DNA from: an uncultured Eubacteriales bacterium
GTDB taxonomy: Bacteria; Actinomycetota; Coriobacteriia; Anaerosomatales; JAUVQN01
Length of the DNA stretch: 61,300 nucleotides
Assembly: GCA_964406675.1 (NCBI GenBank)
Contig: CAYOSP010000001.1
Span: 133,440-194,739 of the forward strand
Reading direction: 5' to 3'
Below the pieces are notes generated by a model that saw only the letters and a list, made by a program, of their open reading frames with translations, was not told where the DNA came from and searched no databases. Positions 34,254 to 43,850 of this stretch are shown here, piece by piece; within the stretch, counting starts at the first letter, position 1; the number at the start of each line of letters is the position of its first letter. The translations under genes and the position numbers were made by a program.

Positions 34254-34938
34254 CCCGCGGCCCGAGCACGCATTCGACGCCTCGCGCTTCGTCGCATGCG
34301 CGATACGGGGGCGTGAGACCGGCGGGCGGCTCGCCGAGCTCACCGCTCGCCATGATCGCGTAGAGCCGGCAGAGCGGGAGGCCGGCCACGTTCTGGAAGC
34401 ACTCGTCGAGCTCGACGCTCGCGAGGTGCCGTTCGATGTTGTAGGCGCCGGCGCACCCCATGAGCTCCCCTTCGTCGAGCCATCGGGCGATATCGTCCTC
34501 GGAGAGCCGACGCATCCGGACGGGGGTGGACTCGGCGGTCACCAGCGGATCGGCCGACGCGGGGCCCCAGACGGCGAGACCGGTCACGACCTCGTGGTCC
34601 CTGTCGGAGAGCGAACGCAGCATGCGCACCGCGTCCTCGGCGTCTTTCGGCTTGCCGAGCACCTCGCCCTCGTGCACGACGAGCGTGTCGAAGCCGAGCA
34701 CCCAGCGGTCCGGCGTGTCGAGCGCTCGCGCGGCGCGGGCCTTGCGCTCCGCCAGCAGGCCCGCGAGAGCTGCCGGATCGGACGCGAGGGGGACGTCGAG
34801 GTCCTCGTCCACGTCGACCGCGACGGTGTCGTAGCTCACGCCGAGCATGCGGAGGAGCCTCCGCCGTCTCGGGGAGGCGGAGGCGAGCAGCGCGTCGGGA
34901 CGCCGGACGGCCGCGTGGGGACGGGTGGGTGGTCGCAT
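34213..34938 (-). CDS. maf: Maf-like nucleoside triphosphate pyrophosphatase (241 aa)
   Basis: LLASASPRRRRLL..., GKPKDAEDA..., MGCAGAYNIE. ATG 34938. The 3' end overlaps the convergent methyltransferase gene by 41 bp. Confidence 0.85.
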   Translation of the reverse strand: MRPPTRPHAAVRRPDALLASASPRRRRLLRMLGVSYDTVAVDVDEDLDVPLASDPAALAGLLAERKARAARALDTPDRWVLGFDTLVVHEGEVLGKPKDAEDAVRMLRSLSDRDHEVVTGLAVWGPASADPLVTAESTPVRMRRLSEDDIARWLDEGELMGCAGAYNIERHLASVELDECFQNVAGLPLCRLYAIMASGELGEPPAGLTPPYRACDEARGVECVLGPRVSAAPRRQPTDGA

Positions 34939-35104
34939 GTCCGGGATGATATCAGCCCACCGGCCGCCTCCTGAGGACGTACGCCGGCCGTCTTCCGAGG
35001 ACGTATGCGCGCGCCATCCGGACGGGTGCGGCTCTCCCCGACCTCCGGTATGCTCGACTCGTCCCTGCTCGCCTCCTCGAACCCGATAGAGATACAGGAG
35101 GAAC

Positions 35105-37249
35105 GTGACGCCGAGCACCACAGGAGCCCCCCCGCCGGGCGTCGAGCGATTCGTCAAGAGACTGCTGGTCGCGCTCAAGGCGGTGCGCCTGTACCCGCCC
35201 ACCAGCCGCATACCGCGCGACAGCGTCGAGGACGCCATCGCGAGCTTGCGTGAGCATCTCGAGCGTTCGCCGGAGATGCGTCTCGTGGTCACGAAGCACG
35301 CGCTGGAATACGCGGGGTCCCCCATCGACCCGGACCGGCCGGCCTTCCAGGAGTTCGCCCGCGAGTTCTACACGAGGCACATCGCCGAGGTGCGCTTCCA
35401 CTCCGGTACCACCCCGGACCAGTTGCTCGCCTTCCTCTCGGTGCTGGACGTCCCGGTCGAGTCCGTGGAGTCCGGAGAGGACGTGTCGGCGCGACTGTGG
35501 GACGCGGGTGTGGTGGACATCAGCGTGAACGTGACCACCACGCGCGTCATCGAACGGGTCGAGGAAGCGGGAGGCGACGGCTGGCCGCCGCCTCCCGAGC
35601 GGGTCGACGAGGCGATCTCCGGAGCACTGGGAGGCAGACCGGCGGAGCGCCGCCTGCTCCTGACCGTGCTCTCGGACAGGAACGCGATGAGCGGTTACCT
35701 CTCCGCGGTCGCCGACCGTCCCGGCCGACGGGCGGAGGCCTGGGTGGCCGGCCGGATGGAGTCGATCGTCCACGCGATCGAGGACGAGCCGGTCGAGGAG
35801 AGGGAGGCCCACCTGACCGATCTCGCCGAAGCGCTCGCGGGCCTGCCGGAGGAGCTGCGCGCTCGCGTGGTCCGGGACAGACTGCTCCCCGACGCGCGTC
35901 ACGACGAGGCCGTCGCGCAGGTCATCCGCACCATGGGGGTCGAGAAGGTGTGTCGGCTGCTCGCTGTCGGTTCGGAGGAAGGCCCCGCGGGCCGCGACGG
36001 ACTCGCCAGGGCGCTGCGCAACCTCATGCTGATCACCCTGCAGTCGCAGGGCGAGGTCACGGATATCGCGAGGGACTGCCTCGCCGGGTCGGGGGTGTCG
36101 TCCGAGGACATCGACGAGGTGATCGACGCGGCGACCCCGGAGCGTCTGCGGGGCGGGGGCGCGGTATCGGACGAGGGCCGCAGTCTGAGCCGGGTGCTCG
36201 AGCTCGTCGACGCGGCCGCCCGGCGGACGGGCGAGGTCGATCGCGAGGTCGAGGATCTGGCGCAGGAGGCCGCCGAGAGCATCACCGACGCGGACGTGCT
36301 GCACTCCCTGCTGGCCGTCGCGTGGCTCGAGCACCGCGAGGAGGAGTTCTTCTCGCTGATGGGCGTCATCCGTGACGGGATGGAGATCCTCATCGAGCGG
36401 CGGGAGTTCGTGGTGGCCGCGGATGCGGTGGAGCTCCTGACCGCGATCGCGAAGGACCCGGTCCGCGCGACGCCCCAACGCGAGAGCGCCCGCGATGCCC
36501 TGTCGCCGCTCATGGTGAAGCGGCGCATGCGGATGATCGTCGGCGCGATGCACGTGCACGATCGCGACACGGACGAGTACGCGGCGGCCCGGCGGCTGCT
36601 CGCCGGTCTGGGCGGCGAGGCTCTGGGTCCGCTGTTGGAGGTGCTGGCGGACGAGCCGGATCGGCGGACACGCAAGGCGCTCGTCGAGCTGGCTTCCGCC
36701 GTCGCCGACGAGCACGTCGAGGAGCTCGCCGAGCATCTCGGGGACGGGCGCTGGTACTTCGTGCGCAACGTCGTCACGATCCTCGGTTCCTCGCGGAGAT
36801 CCGAGGCGGCCCGATACCTCGAGCGCACCCTGCGCTACCCGGACGCGCGCGTGCGCCGCGAGACGATACGCGCCGCCGCGGGGCTCGGCGGCGCGATAGC
36901 GTGCGAGGTCCTGCGGGCGGCCCTCGCCGACGAGGACCCGCAGAACGTGCGACTCGCGGCGCGCTATCTGGGATCGATGGGCGATGCGGCCACGGTGCGG
37001 GCACTGGAGGAGGTCGCGCGAGGAGAGGGACGGGGCGCGCGCGGGACGGGTCCCCGTGTGGAGGCGATCGAGGCGCTGGGCCTCGTCGGCGACCGAGACA
37101 GCGCCGAGGTGCTCCGCAAGCTCACGCACGGGGGCCGGCTGCTCGGGCGACGGCGCTGGAAAGAGATCCGTGTGGCCGCGCGAAGCGCGCTCGAACGGCT
37201 GGAGACGACCGGACGCCGTGAGGAGGGGGATGATGACGCCCGCCGATAA
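35105..37249 (+). CDS. HEAT-repeat protein with an N-terminal domain paralogous to that of the downstream HD-GYP protein (714 aa)
   Basis: The C-terminal HEAT/PBS-lyase-like repeats include DPQNVRLAARYLGSMGDAATVRALEEVA and RVEAIEALGLVGDRDSAEVL. N-terminus: FVKRLLVALKAVRLYPPTSRIPRDSVEDAI. GTG 35105 follows GGAGGAAC. Confidence 0.8.
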   Translation: MTPSTTGAPPPGVERFVKRLLVALKAVRLYPPTSRIPRDSVEDAIASLREHLERSPEMRLVVTKHALEYAGSPIDPDRPAFQEFAREFYTRHIAEVRFHSGTTPDQLLAFLSVLDVPVESVESGEDVSARLWDAGVVDISVNVTTTRVIERVEEAGGDGWPPPPERVDEAISGALGGRPAERRLLLTVLSDRNAMSGYLSAVADRPGRRAEAWVAGRMESIVHAIEDEPVEEREAHLTDLAEALAGLPEELRARVVRDRLLPDARHDEAVAQVIRTMGVEKVCRLLAVGSEEGPAGRDGLARALRNLMLITLQSQGEVTDIARDCLAGSGVSSEDIDEVIDAATPERLRGGGAVSDEGRSLSRVLELVDAAARRTGEVDREVEDLAQEAAESITDADVLHSLLAVAWLEHREEEFFSLMGVIRDGMEILIERREFVVAADAVELLTAIAKDPVRATPQRESARDALSPLMVKRRMRMIVGAMHVHDRDTDEYAAARRLLAGLGGEALGPLLEVLADEPDRRTRKALVELASAVADEHVEELAEHLGDGRWYFVRNVVTILGSSRRSEAARYLERTLRYPDARVRRETIRAAAGLGGAIACEVLRAALADEDPQNVRLAARYLGSMGDAATVRALEEVARGEGRGARGTGPRVEAIEALGLVGDRDSAEVLRKLTHGGRLLGRRRWKEIRVAARSALERLETTGRREEGDDDARR

Positions 37250-38639
37250 GGGAGAGGGCCCCGTCTTCTCCGCCGCACAGATGCGTGAGGCGCGCATGCT
37301 GCTCGCGAGGTTCTCCGCCGCGCGCAAGGCGTCGCGCTTCTATCCTCCCGGGCACCCCGCGGTCGGGCAGAGCGTCGACGAACTCATGGAGTCGGTCCGG
37401 AGCATCCACTCCGAGGAGCTGGACGTCCCTCTCGTCTTCTACGAGGACGAATTGCTGCTCGGCGAGCAGTTCCTATCGGAGGCGAGCGTCCATTTCGACC
37501 AGCTGATCCGGGACATGACCGCCATCGGCGCGGGGAGCATCACGTTCAGGAGGGGCCTGGCGGCGGATGAGCTCGGCCGCGCGGTCCGCGTGCTCAGTCG
37601 CGACCCGGTCGAGGTGGAGGAGGCCGGGGGGCTCGGACGCCTGCTCGAGGGCGAGGATCTGCCGCACGTGACGGTCGCCACGGTCGAGGTGTGGAAGCCG
37701 CGCGAAGCCGCCGACGGGCACGACAGGGAGGCGGCGCGCCGCACGTACTCGGAGGGGGTGGACCTCCTCCGCGAGCTCGAGCTCGCGATGCGTCGGGCGG
37801 ACGGCGGCTTCCCCGCGCACACCAGGGCGGTGGCGCGCGGCTTGGTGGACAACGTCCTGCACAACCGCGGGGCGATGATCGAGTTCGCCGGACTGCGGGA
37901 CTACGACGAGTACACCTTCTATCACTCGGTGAACGTGGCGATCCTCTCGATCGCGCTGGGAGCGCACATCACCTCGGAACGGCGCTTCCTCACGTCGCTC
38001 GGGGCCGGGGCCCTCATGCACGATATCGGTAAGATGGCGGTCGGTCCGGACATACTGAACAAGACAGGACCCTTGACAGAGCGGGAGTGGGAGCTCATGC
38101 GGCTGCATCCCGTATGGGGCGTCGAGGCCGCTCTCTCCATCCCCGGACTGGACCGATCCTCCCTGGTGATGATCCTCGAGCACCATATGCGATACGACGG
38201 ACAAGGCTATCCGCGCTACCCTGAAGCGGGTCGCGGGCAGCACCTGTCCAGCCGCATCGTGTCCGTGGCCGACGCGTTCGACGCGATGACGTCGGAGCGC
38301 GCCTACAGCACGGCGCGGCTGGCCGACGAGGCGATGGGCGTGCTCGTGCGGGACGCGGGTTCCGCCTACGACCCGCGACTCGTGCGCGGATTCCTGCGCG
38401 TGGTGGGCGTCTACCCGCCGCGCACGGTGGTGAGGCTGTCCACCGGAGAGACGGGGGTGGTGGTGGCGTCGAACGAGGAGTCGCCGGCCCGTCCCGTGGT
38501 GCGTCTCTTCGCCGACGAGGACGGCGAGCTGTCCGACCCCGTGGACGTGGACCTGGCGACCTGGGAGCATGAGGAGACGACCATCACGCGCAGTCTCGAC
38601 GCGACGACGCTCAACGTGGACCCCGACGCCTACATGTGA
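37230..38639 (+). CDS. HD-GYP domain protein (putative c-di-GMP phosphodiesterase) (469 aa)
   Basis: HSVNVAILS..., GALMHDIGK..., EHHMRYDGQGYP. ATG 37230 follows GAGGAGGGGG and overlaps the HEAT gene by 20 nt. Confidence 0.85.
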   Translation: MMTPADKGEGPVFSAAQMREARMLLARFSAARKASRFYPPGHPAVGQSVDELMESVRSIHSEELDVPLVFYEDELLLGEQFLSEASVHFDQLIRDMTAIGAGSITFRRGLAADELGRAVRVLSRDPVEVEEAGGLGRLLEGEDLPHVTVATVEVWKPREAADGHDREAARRTYSEGVDLLRELELAMRRADGGFPAHTRAVARGLVDNVLHNRGAMIEFAGLRDYDEYTFYHSVNVAILSIALGAHITSERRFLTSLGAGALMHDIGKMAVGPDILNKTGPLTEREWELMRLHPVWGVEAALSIPGLDRSSLVMILEHHMRYDGQGYPRYPEAGRGQHLSSRIVSVADAFDAMTSERAYSTARLADEAMGVLVRDAGSAYDPRLVRGFLRVVGVYPPRTVVRLSTGETGVVVASNEESPARPVVRLFADEDGELSDPVDVDLATWEHEETTITRSLDATTLNVDPDAYM

Positions 38640-38645
38640 GGATGG

Positions 38646-41441
38646 ATGCGAGTGACCCCTCGAGCCGATAGACGAGGCGATGAAGCGCGCCGACCGCTCC
38701 TGATCGTGTTGGGGGTGGTGGTCGTCGCGCTGTTCGCGGGCGGGGGCCTGCTCGCGGAGGCCTACACCGACCTGATCTGGTACGACGCCATGGGCCAGAC
38801 GGTGGTGTTCTGGACCGACCTGCTGAGCCGACTGGCGGTGTGGGCCGGCTTCGGCGCGCTGTTCTTCGTGGTCCTGTACGCCAACGTGCTCATCGCGAGG
38901 CGCTTCGCCCCCAAGACGAGGGTGCGGCCGATGTCCGTCGGACCCGGCGGCCCCATGCCCGGCGGCCCCGGCCCGCAGTTCGACGAGACGCTCGAGCGCA
39001 TGCGCGAGCAGATCGAGCCGTTCGTGAGGTGGGTGCTCGTCGGCGGGTCGCTCTTCCTCGCGTTCCTCGCGGGGGCCGCGCTCGCCGACTCGTGGCCCGT
39101 CTTCCAGCTGGCGCTGCACGCGCAGGAGTTCGGCACGGTCGATCCGCAGTTCGGGCGCGACGTGGGCTTCTACGTGTTCACGCTCCCGGCGCTGCGGCTC
39201 GTGGCCGACTGGCTGTTCGGCGCGCTCATCGTGATCCTGCTCGCGACCGCCGCGGTGCATCTCCTCGACGGCGCCATACGCCCACGGGAGAGCACGCTCG
39301 GCTTCGCCCCGCACGTCAAGGCGCATCTGTCCGTGCTGGCCGCCTCGATCCTCGTGGTGAAGGCGCTCGACTACTACCTGAGCATCTTCGAGTTGAACTA
39401 CTCGATGCGCGGGCAGGTGTTGGGCGCCTCGTACACGGACGTCAACGCCCAGATCCCGGCGTTCCAGATCCTGATCGTCATCGCGCTGATCGCGGCGGCC
39501 GTCTTCCTCGTGAACATCCGCCACAAGGGCTGGAAGCTGCCCGCGGTCGCTCTCGGTCTGTGGATCGCGGCGTCGCTGCTCGCGGGCCAGGTCTACCCCG
39601 CGCTCGTCCAGCAGTTCCGCGTCGAGCCCAACGAGATCGCGGTCGAGACCCCGTACATCGAGCGCAACATCCTGGCGACCCGTCAGGCCTACGATCTCGA
39701 GGACGTGGCGACCGTACCCTTCCCCGCGGAGCAGTCGCTCACGAGCCAGGACATCGAGGAGGGCCAGGCCACCATCGACAACGTGCGGCTCTGGGACCCC
39801 GAGGTCGTCGTGGAGTCGTACAAGCAGCTCCAGGAGATCCGCTTCTACTACGACTTCAACGACGTCGACATCGACCGTTACACCATCGACGGCGACTACC
39901 GGCAGGTGCTCGTCTCCGTGCGTGAGATGAACGCGAACGAGCTCTCGGAGCAGGCGAAGACCTGGGTGAACCGGCATCTGGTGTACACGCACGGGTACGG
40001 GGCGGTGGTGAGCCCCGTGAACCTCGCGACCTCCGAAGGCTTCCCCCGCTTCCTCGTGCGGGACATCCCTCCCCAGACTCAGACCGACCTCGAGGTCACC
40101 CAGCCGCGGGTCTACTTCGGCGAGGAGACGTTCGACTACGTGATCGCCGGGACGGACCTCGACGAGTTCGACTACCCCGTCGGCGACGAGAACGCGACGA
40201 ACACGTACGACGGCGCGGCGGGGGTCGAGGCCGGCGGGGTGGTGAGACGCGCGGCGTTCGCGCTGCGGTTCGGTTCGGCGAAGCTCCTGCTCTCCGACTA
40301 CATCCGGCCGGACAGCAAGGTCCTCTTCCGACGGACCATCACCGAACGGGTGGGCGCGCTGGCGCGGTTCCTGGATCTCGACCAGGATCCCTATCCCGCG
40401 ATCGTCGACGGCCGACTCACGTGGATCCTCGACGGGTACACGACATCGCGTCACTATCCGTACGCGGAACGGTTCGTGGCCGGCGGCATCAACTACATCC
40501 GCAACTCGGTGAAGGTGACCGTCGACGCGTACGACGGGACCGTCACGCTGTACGGTTTCGACGAAGAGGACCCGGTGCTCGAGGCGTGGAGCGAGATCTA
40601 CCCCGGACTCATCACGTACGAGGAGCTGCCGGACGACGCGTATCGCCATCTCCGCTACCCGGAGGGCCTGTTCGCCGTGCAGGCCGAGGTCTACAAGACC
40701 TACCACATGACCGACCCGGTGGTCTTCTACAACAAGGAGGATCAGTGGGAGCTGCCCGGAGCCGAGGCAGGCACGCCCATGCGGCCGTTCTACGTGATGA
40801 TGCGCCTGCCGGAGGAGGACACCGAAGAACTGATCCTCATGCAGCCGTTCACCCCGCGGACCAAGGACAACATGATCGGCTGGATGGCCGCGCGCATGGA
40901 CGGCGAGGAGTACGGCTCCCGCCTCGTCTTCCAGTTCCCGAAGCAGCGATTGATCCTGGGACCGGAGCAGGTGGAGGCGCGGATCAACCAGGACCCGGTG
41001 ATCTCCCAACAGCTCAGCCTGTGGAACCAGCGCGGCTCGAACGCCATCCTCGGGAACCTGCTGGTGATACCGATCGAGGACGCCATCGTGTTCATCCAAC
41101 CGCTGTACCTGCGGTCGGAGCAGACCTCGATCCCACAGCTCACGAGGGTGATCGTCGCGTCGGCCGACAAGGTGGCGATGGAGCCGGACCTCGAGACCGC
41201 GCTCGCCGTGGTGTTCGACGTGGACATCGAGGGAGCGGGCGAACCGACGACCGAACCCACGGACGGCGAGGCGGGTCCGCCCGAGGAGGCCGAGACCGCG
41301 CTCGAGCTGCTTGAGCGCCTGCAGCGACAGGTCGAGGAGGAGCGCACCGAGTTCGACGCGCTCAGCCGGGAGCTCCAGCGCACGCTGGAATCGCTGCTCG
41401 GCACGGACGGCGCCTCCGCTCCGACGACGCCCACGCCGTGA
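38646..41441 (+). CDS. UPF0182 family large membrane protein (931 aa)
   Basis: The N-terminal polytopic region (...AEAYTDLIWYDAMGQTVVFWTDLLSRL...) and large extracytoplasmic domain are typical of UPF0182/COG1615 proteins of Actinobacteria. Confidence 0.8.
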   Translation: MRVTPRADRRGDEARRPLLIVLGVVVVALFAGGGLLAEAYTDLIWYDAMGQTVVFWTDLLSRLAVWAGFGALFFVVLYANVLIARRFAPKTRVRPMSVGPGGPMPGGPGPQFDETLERMREQIEPFVRWVLVGGSLFLAFLAGAALADSWPVFQLALHAQEFGTVDPQFGRDVGFYVFTLPALRLVADWLFGALIVILLATAAVHLLDGAIRPRESTLGFAPHVKAHLSVLAASILVVKALDYYLSIFELNYSMRGQVLGASYTDVNAQIPAFQILIVIALIAAAVFLVNIRHKGWKLPAVALGLWIAASLLAGQVYPALVQQFRVEPNEIAVETPYIERNILATRQAYDLEDVATVPFPAEQSLTSQDIEEGQATIDNVRLWDPEVVVESYKQLQEIRFYYDFNDVDIDRYTIDGDYRQVLVSVREMNANELSEQAKTWVNRHLVYTHGYGAVVSPVNLATSEGFPRFLVRDIPPQTQTDLEVTQPRVYFGEETFDYVIAGTDLDEFDYPVGDENATNTYDGAAGVEAGGVVRRAAFALRFGSAKLLLSDYIRPDSKVLFRRTITERVGALARFLDLDQDPYPAIVDGRLTWILDGYTTSRHYPYAERFVAGGINYIRNSVKVTVDAYDGTVTLYGFDEEDPVLEAWSEIYPGLITYEELPDDAYRHLRYPEGLFAVQAEVYKTYHMTDPVVFYNKEDQWELPGAEAGTPMRPFYVMMRLPEEDTEELILMQPFTPRTKDNMIGWMAARMDGEEYGSRLVFQFPKQRLILGPEQVEARINQDPVISQQLSLWNQRGSNAILGNLLVIPIEDAIVFIQPLYLRSEQTSIPQLTRVIVASADKVAMEPDLETALAVVFDVDIEGAGEPTTEPTDGEAGPPEEAETALELLERLQRQVEEERTEFDALSRELQRTLESLLGTDGASAPTTPTP

Positions 41442-41505
41442 GCGGACGCATGATCGGGTATCTTCGTATGGAGTACGCCGACGGCTCGACTTGGAGGTCG
41501 AACGA

Positions 41506-41835
41506 ATGTCTCCGCAGGAGGATCCTGTACGACCGAACCTCATAGACCAGGTCGCCGACCTGCTGCAGATGGCCTCGGACTGGGTGCGCCAGGAAGCGGA
41601 GTCGTTCTTCCGCAACAAGATGCTCATCCCGCTGCAGAAGGCGGGCATCACGGTGGCGTCGGCGCAGGCCGCGGGCTGCCTGCTGGTGATGGGGGTGATC
41701 TTCCTCGAGGTGGGGGTGATCATGCTCCTGGGCCAGTGGCTGGGCTATCCGGTGACGTTCCTGATCATCGGCGGGGTCCTGCTCCTGGGCTCGGCAGTGT
41801 TCCTCGGGATCAAGATGAGGATGATGCAGAAGTGA
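41506..41835 (+). CDS. actinobacterial holin-X-like (phage holin superfamily III-like) membrane protein (109 aa)
   Basis: An amphipathic N-terminus is followed by two TM helices (ITVASAQAAGCLLVMGVIFLEVGVIMLL, VTFLIIGGVLLLGSAVFLGI). GGAGG lies upstream of the ATG. Confidence 0.6.
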   Translation: MSPQEDPVRPNLIDQVADLLQMASDWVRQEAESFFRNKMLIPLQKAGITVASAQAAGCLLVMGVIFLEVGVIMLLGQWLGYPVTFLIIGGVLLLGSAVFLGIKMRMMQK

Positions 41836-42017
41836 GCGCGAAGCAGAAGGTCACCGTCGACGATCTCCGCCGGAAGGCGGAGCAGATACAGGAGACCGTC
41901 AAGGACGACGTGCGTCGGGCGGCCAGGGACGAGCTGACCACCATCGCCGTCATCGGAGGCATCGCGGTCGTCGGGCTCATGTCGCTCTCCTACTACCTGG
42001 GGTCGCGCCGCGGCTGA
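41832..42017 (+). CDS. small single-TM protein (61 aa), DUF3618-like
   Basis: The GTG overlaps the upstream stop (GTGA). A charged helix is followed by the TM segment IAVIGGIAVVGLMSLSYYLG. Confidence 0.5.
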   Translation: MSAKQKVTVDDLRRKAEQIQETVKDDVRRAARDELTTIAVIGGIAVVGLMSLSYYLGSRRG

Positions 42018-42057
42018 CCCCACGCAGGCCGACCGGCCCGCGATATACCTCGACGCC

Positions 42058-42546
42058 GTGAGGGCGGACGAGCGTCCCGTATCGGCACGTGTCCGGATAC
42101 CCGACGGCGCGCCGCTGCGGACATCGGCGTATCCGGGTGTCGCTCGCAGGGCCGTCGCCCTCCTCCCCGGACTCCGCCGCCACGTGTGTCGCAACCCCGA
42201 CGGCACGGACATCCTCGACGAGCTCGCCGACACCGAGGTCGCGCACCTCTGCGAGCACGTCGTCCTCGAGCTGATGGCGCTCGCCGGAGCGCCTCGCCGG
42301 CTCGAGGGCAGGACGAGGTGGGACTTCGCGAGGACCGGGAGGGGCGTGTTCGACGTCGAGATCGCCTACGAGGACGGAGCGGCGAGCGCCCGCGCCCTCA
42401 CCGCCGGCGTCGAGGTCGCGCGGCGGCTGCTGGAGCGGGAGCCGGTGGAAGACCTCGACGCGATCGTCGCCGCCGTGCGGGGCGCACCTTGCCGCTCCGG
42501 AACCCCCGGTGCTACGTTTCCCGAAAGCTCGACCGACGAGAGGTAG
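42058..42546 (+). CDS. stand-alone protein resembling the N-terminal domain of cyanophycin synthetase (162 aa)
   Basis: LLPGLRRHVCRNPDG...TEVAHLCEHVVLELMALAG...GRTRWDF...GVFDVEIAYEDGAASARALTAGVEVARRLL parallels CphA N-domain blocks (LPSL.EH.CS..., H..EHVALELQ.LAG..., GRTRET...Y.VV.EY..E.AGR.A...AV.L). This comparison is from memory. Confidence 0.5.
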   Translation: MRADERPVSARVRIPDGAPLRTSAYPGVARRAVALLPGLRRHVCRNPDGTDILDELADTEVAHLCEHVVLELMALAGAPRRLEGRTRWDFARTGRGVFDVEIAYEDGAASARALTAGVEVARRLLEREPVEDLDAIVAAVRGAPCRSGTPGATFPESSTDER

Positions 42547-42550
42547 CGCC

Positions 42551-43837
42551 GTGGGCACCGCGAGGATCCGTTTCGACAAGTGGCAGGACGCCTACTCCGA
42601 GCGGATGGAGCAGGTGCGCTCTTCGGCGGTGCGCGACCTGTTCGCCGCCGCCTCGCGTTCCGACGTCATCTCGTTCGCGGGCGGGATGCCCGAGATCGGG
42701 CTGATCCCCACCGAGGCGGCGGCCCGCGCGGCGCACGACGCGGTGGCGCACCACGGCTCGATCGCCCTGCAGTACGGCAGCTCGGAGGGGCGACCGGAGC
42801 TCAGGGCCTTCATCGGCGAACTCATGGCCGAGATCGGCGTGCGGCTCACGCCCGAGGACGTCATCGTGACCACCGGCGCCCAGCAGGCCCTCGACCTGCT
42901 CGGGAAGGTCCTCATCGACCCCGGCGACGTGGTCGTCACGGAAGGGCCCACGTACGTGGGGGCGCTGCAGGCGTTCTCCGCCTACCAGCCGGATATCCGC
43001 GCGATCCCGATGGACGAGGACGGCATGCGCATGGACGTGCTCGAGGAGGAGTTGCGCCGGCTCGGGCCGAAGGGCGCGAAGTTCATCTACACGGTGCCCA
43101 CCTTCCAGAACCCCGCGGGCGTGACGCTGAGCCCCGGTCGCCGCCGCAGGCTGCTCGAGCTCGCGCACGAGTACGGCATCCCGGTCATCGAGGACGACCC
43201 GTACGGACGCCTGCGCTTCGAGGGCGGGCACGTGATCCCGCTCAAGGCGCTCGACGACGAGGTCATCTACGTGGGGACGTTCTCGAAGATCTTCGGACCG
43301 GGCCTTCGCCTGGGGTGGATCGCGGCTCCCAAGCCGATCCTTCGCAAGATCCTGCTCGCGAAGCAGGCCGCGGACCTGTGCGGCAGCGCGTTCTCGCAGA
43401 TCGTCGCCGAGGAGTACTTCGGTCGCACCCGCTGGCGCAAGGTGCTCAAGGAGCTCACCCGCACCTATAAGGAGCGCCGCGACGTGATGCTCGCCGCGCT
43501 GGAGGAGCACTTCCCCGAGGAGGCCACGTGGACGGTGCCGCAGGGCGGGTTCTTCGTGTGGGCGACGCTGCCGCGGTTCGTGGACTGCAAGACGATGCTC
43601 GCCGAAGGCGTGGAGCACGGGGTGACGTACGTGCCCGGCGACGGTTTCTTCCCGGACGGTCGCGGACGCGAGTCGATGCGTCTGGCCTTCTGCTACGCTC
43701 AGCCCGACGACATCCGGGAGGGCATATCGCGCCTGGCGGCGGTGCTCGAGGACCGGCTGGAACTGTACCGTGCGTTCCTCGCCGCCGGAGCGCTCGGCGA
43801 CGAGCGGGCGAGCGCCGGACGGCAGACGACCCGGTAG
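42551..43837 (+). CDS. PLP-dependent aminotransferase, class I/II (2-aminoadipate/LysN-like subgroup) (428 aa)
   Basis: ISFAGGMP..., LQYGSSEGRPELR..., YTVPTFQNPAG..., GTFSKIFGPGLRLGW (PLP lysine). Confidence 0.85.
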   Translation: MGTARIRFDKWQDAYSERMEQVRSSAVRDLFAAASRSDVISFAGGMPEIGLIPTEAAARAAHDAVAHHGSIALQYGSSEGRPELRAFIGELMAEIGVRLTPEDVIVTTGAQQALDLLGKVLIDPGDVVVTEGPTYVGALQAFSAYQPDIRAIPMDEDGMRMDVLEEELRRLGPKGAKFIYTVPTFQNPAGVTLSPGRRRRLLELAHEYGIPVIEDDPYGRLRFEGGHVIPLKALDDEVIYVGTFSKIFGPGLRLGWIAAPKPILRKILLAKQAADLCGSAFSQIVAEEYFGRTRWRKVLKELTRTYKERRDVMLAALEEHFPEEATWTVPQGGFFVWATLPRFVDCKTMLAEGVEHGVTYVPGDGFFPDGRGRESMRLAFCYAQPDDIREGISRLAAVLEDRLELYRAFLAAGALGDERASAGRQTTR

Positions 43838-43850
43838 GGGGACTTCGAAG

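Noticed and set aside
34952-37327. 791-aa minus-strand ORF
   Set aside because: It is antisense to the HEAT-repeat gene and has shadow-frame composition with no motifs.
37473-41723. 1416-aa minus-strand ORF
   Set aside because: It is antisense to the HD-GYP, UPF0182 and holin-like genes, whose frames carry clear family motifs. The antisense translation is an R/E/D/H/G-rich shadow sequence.
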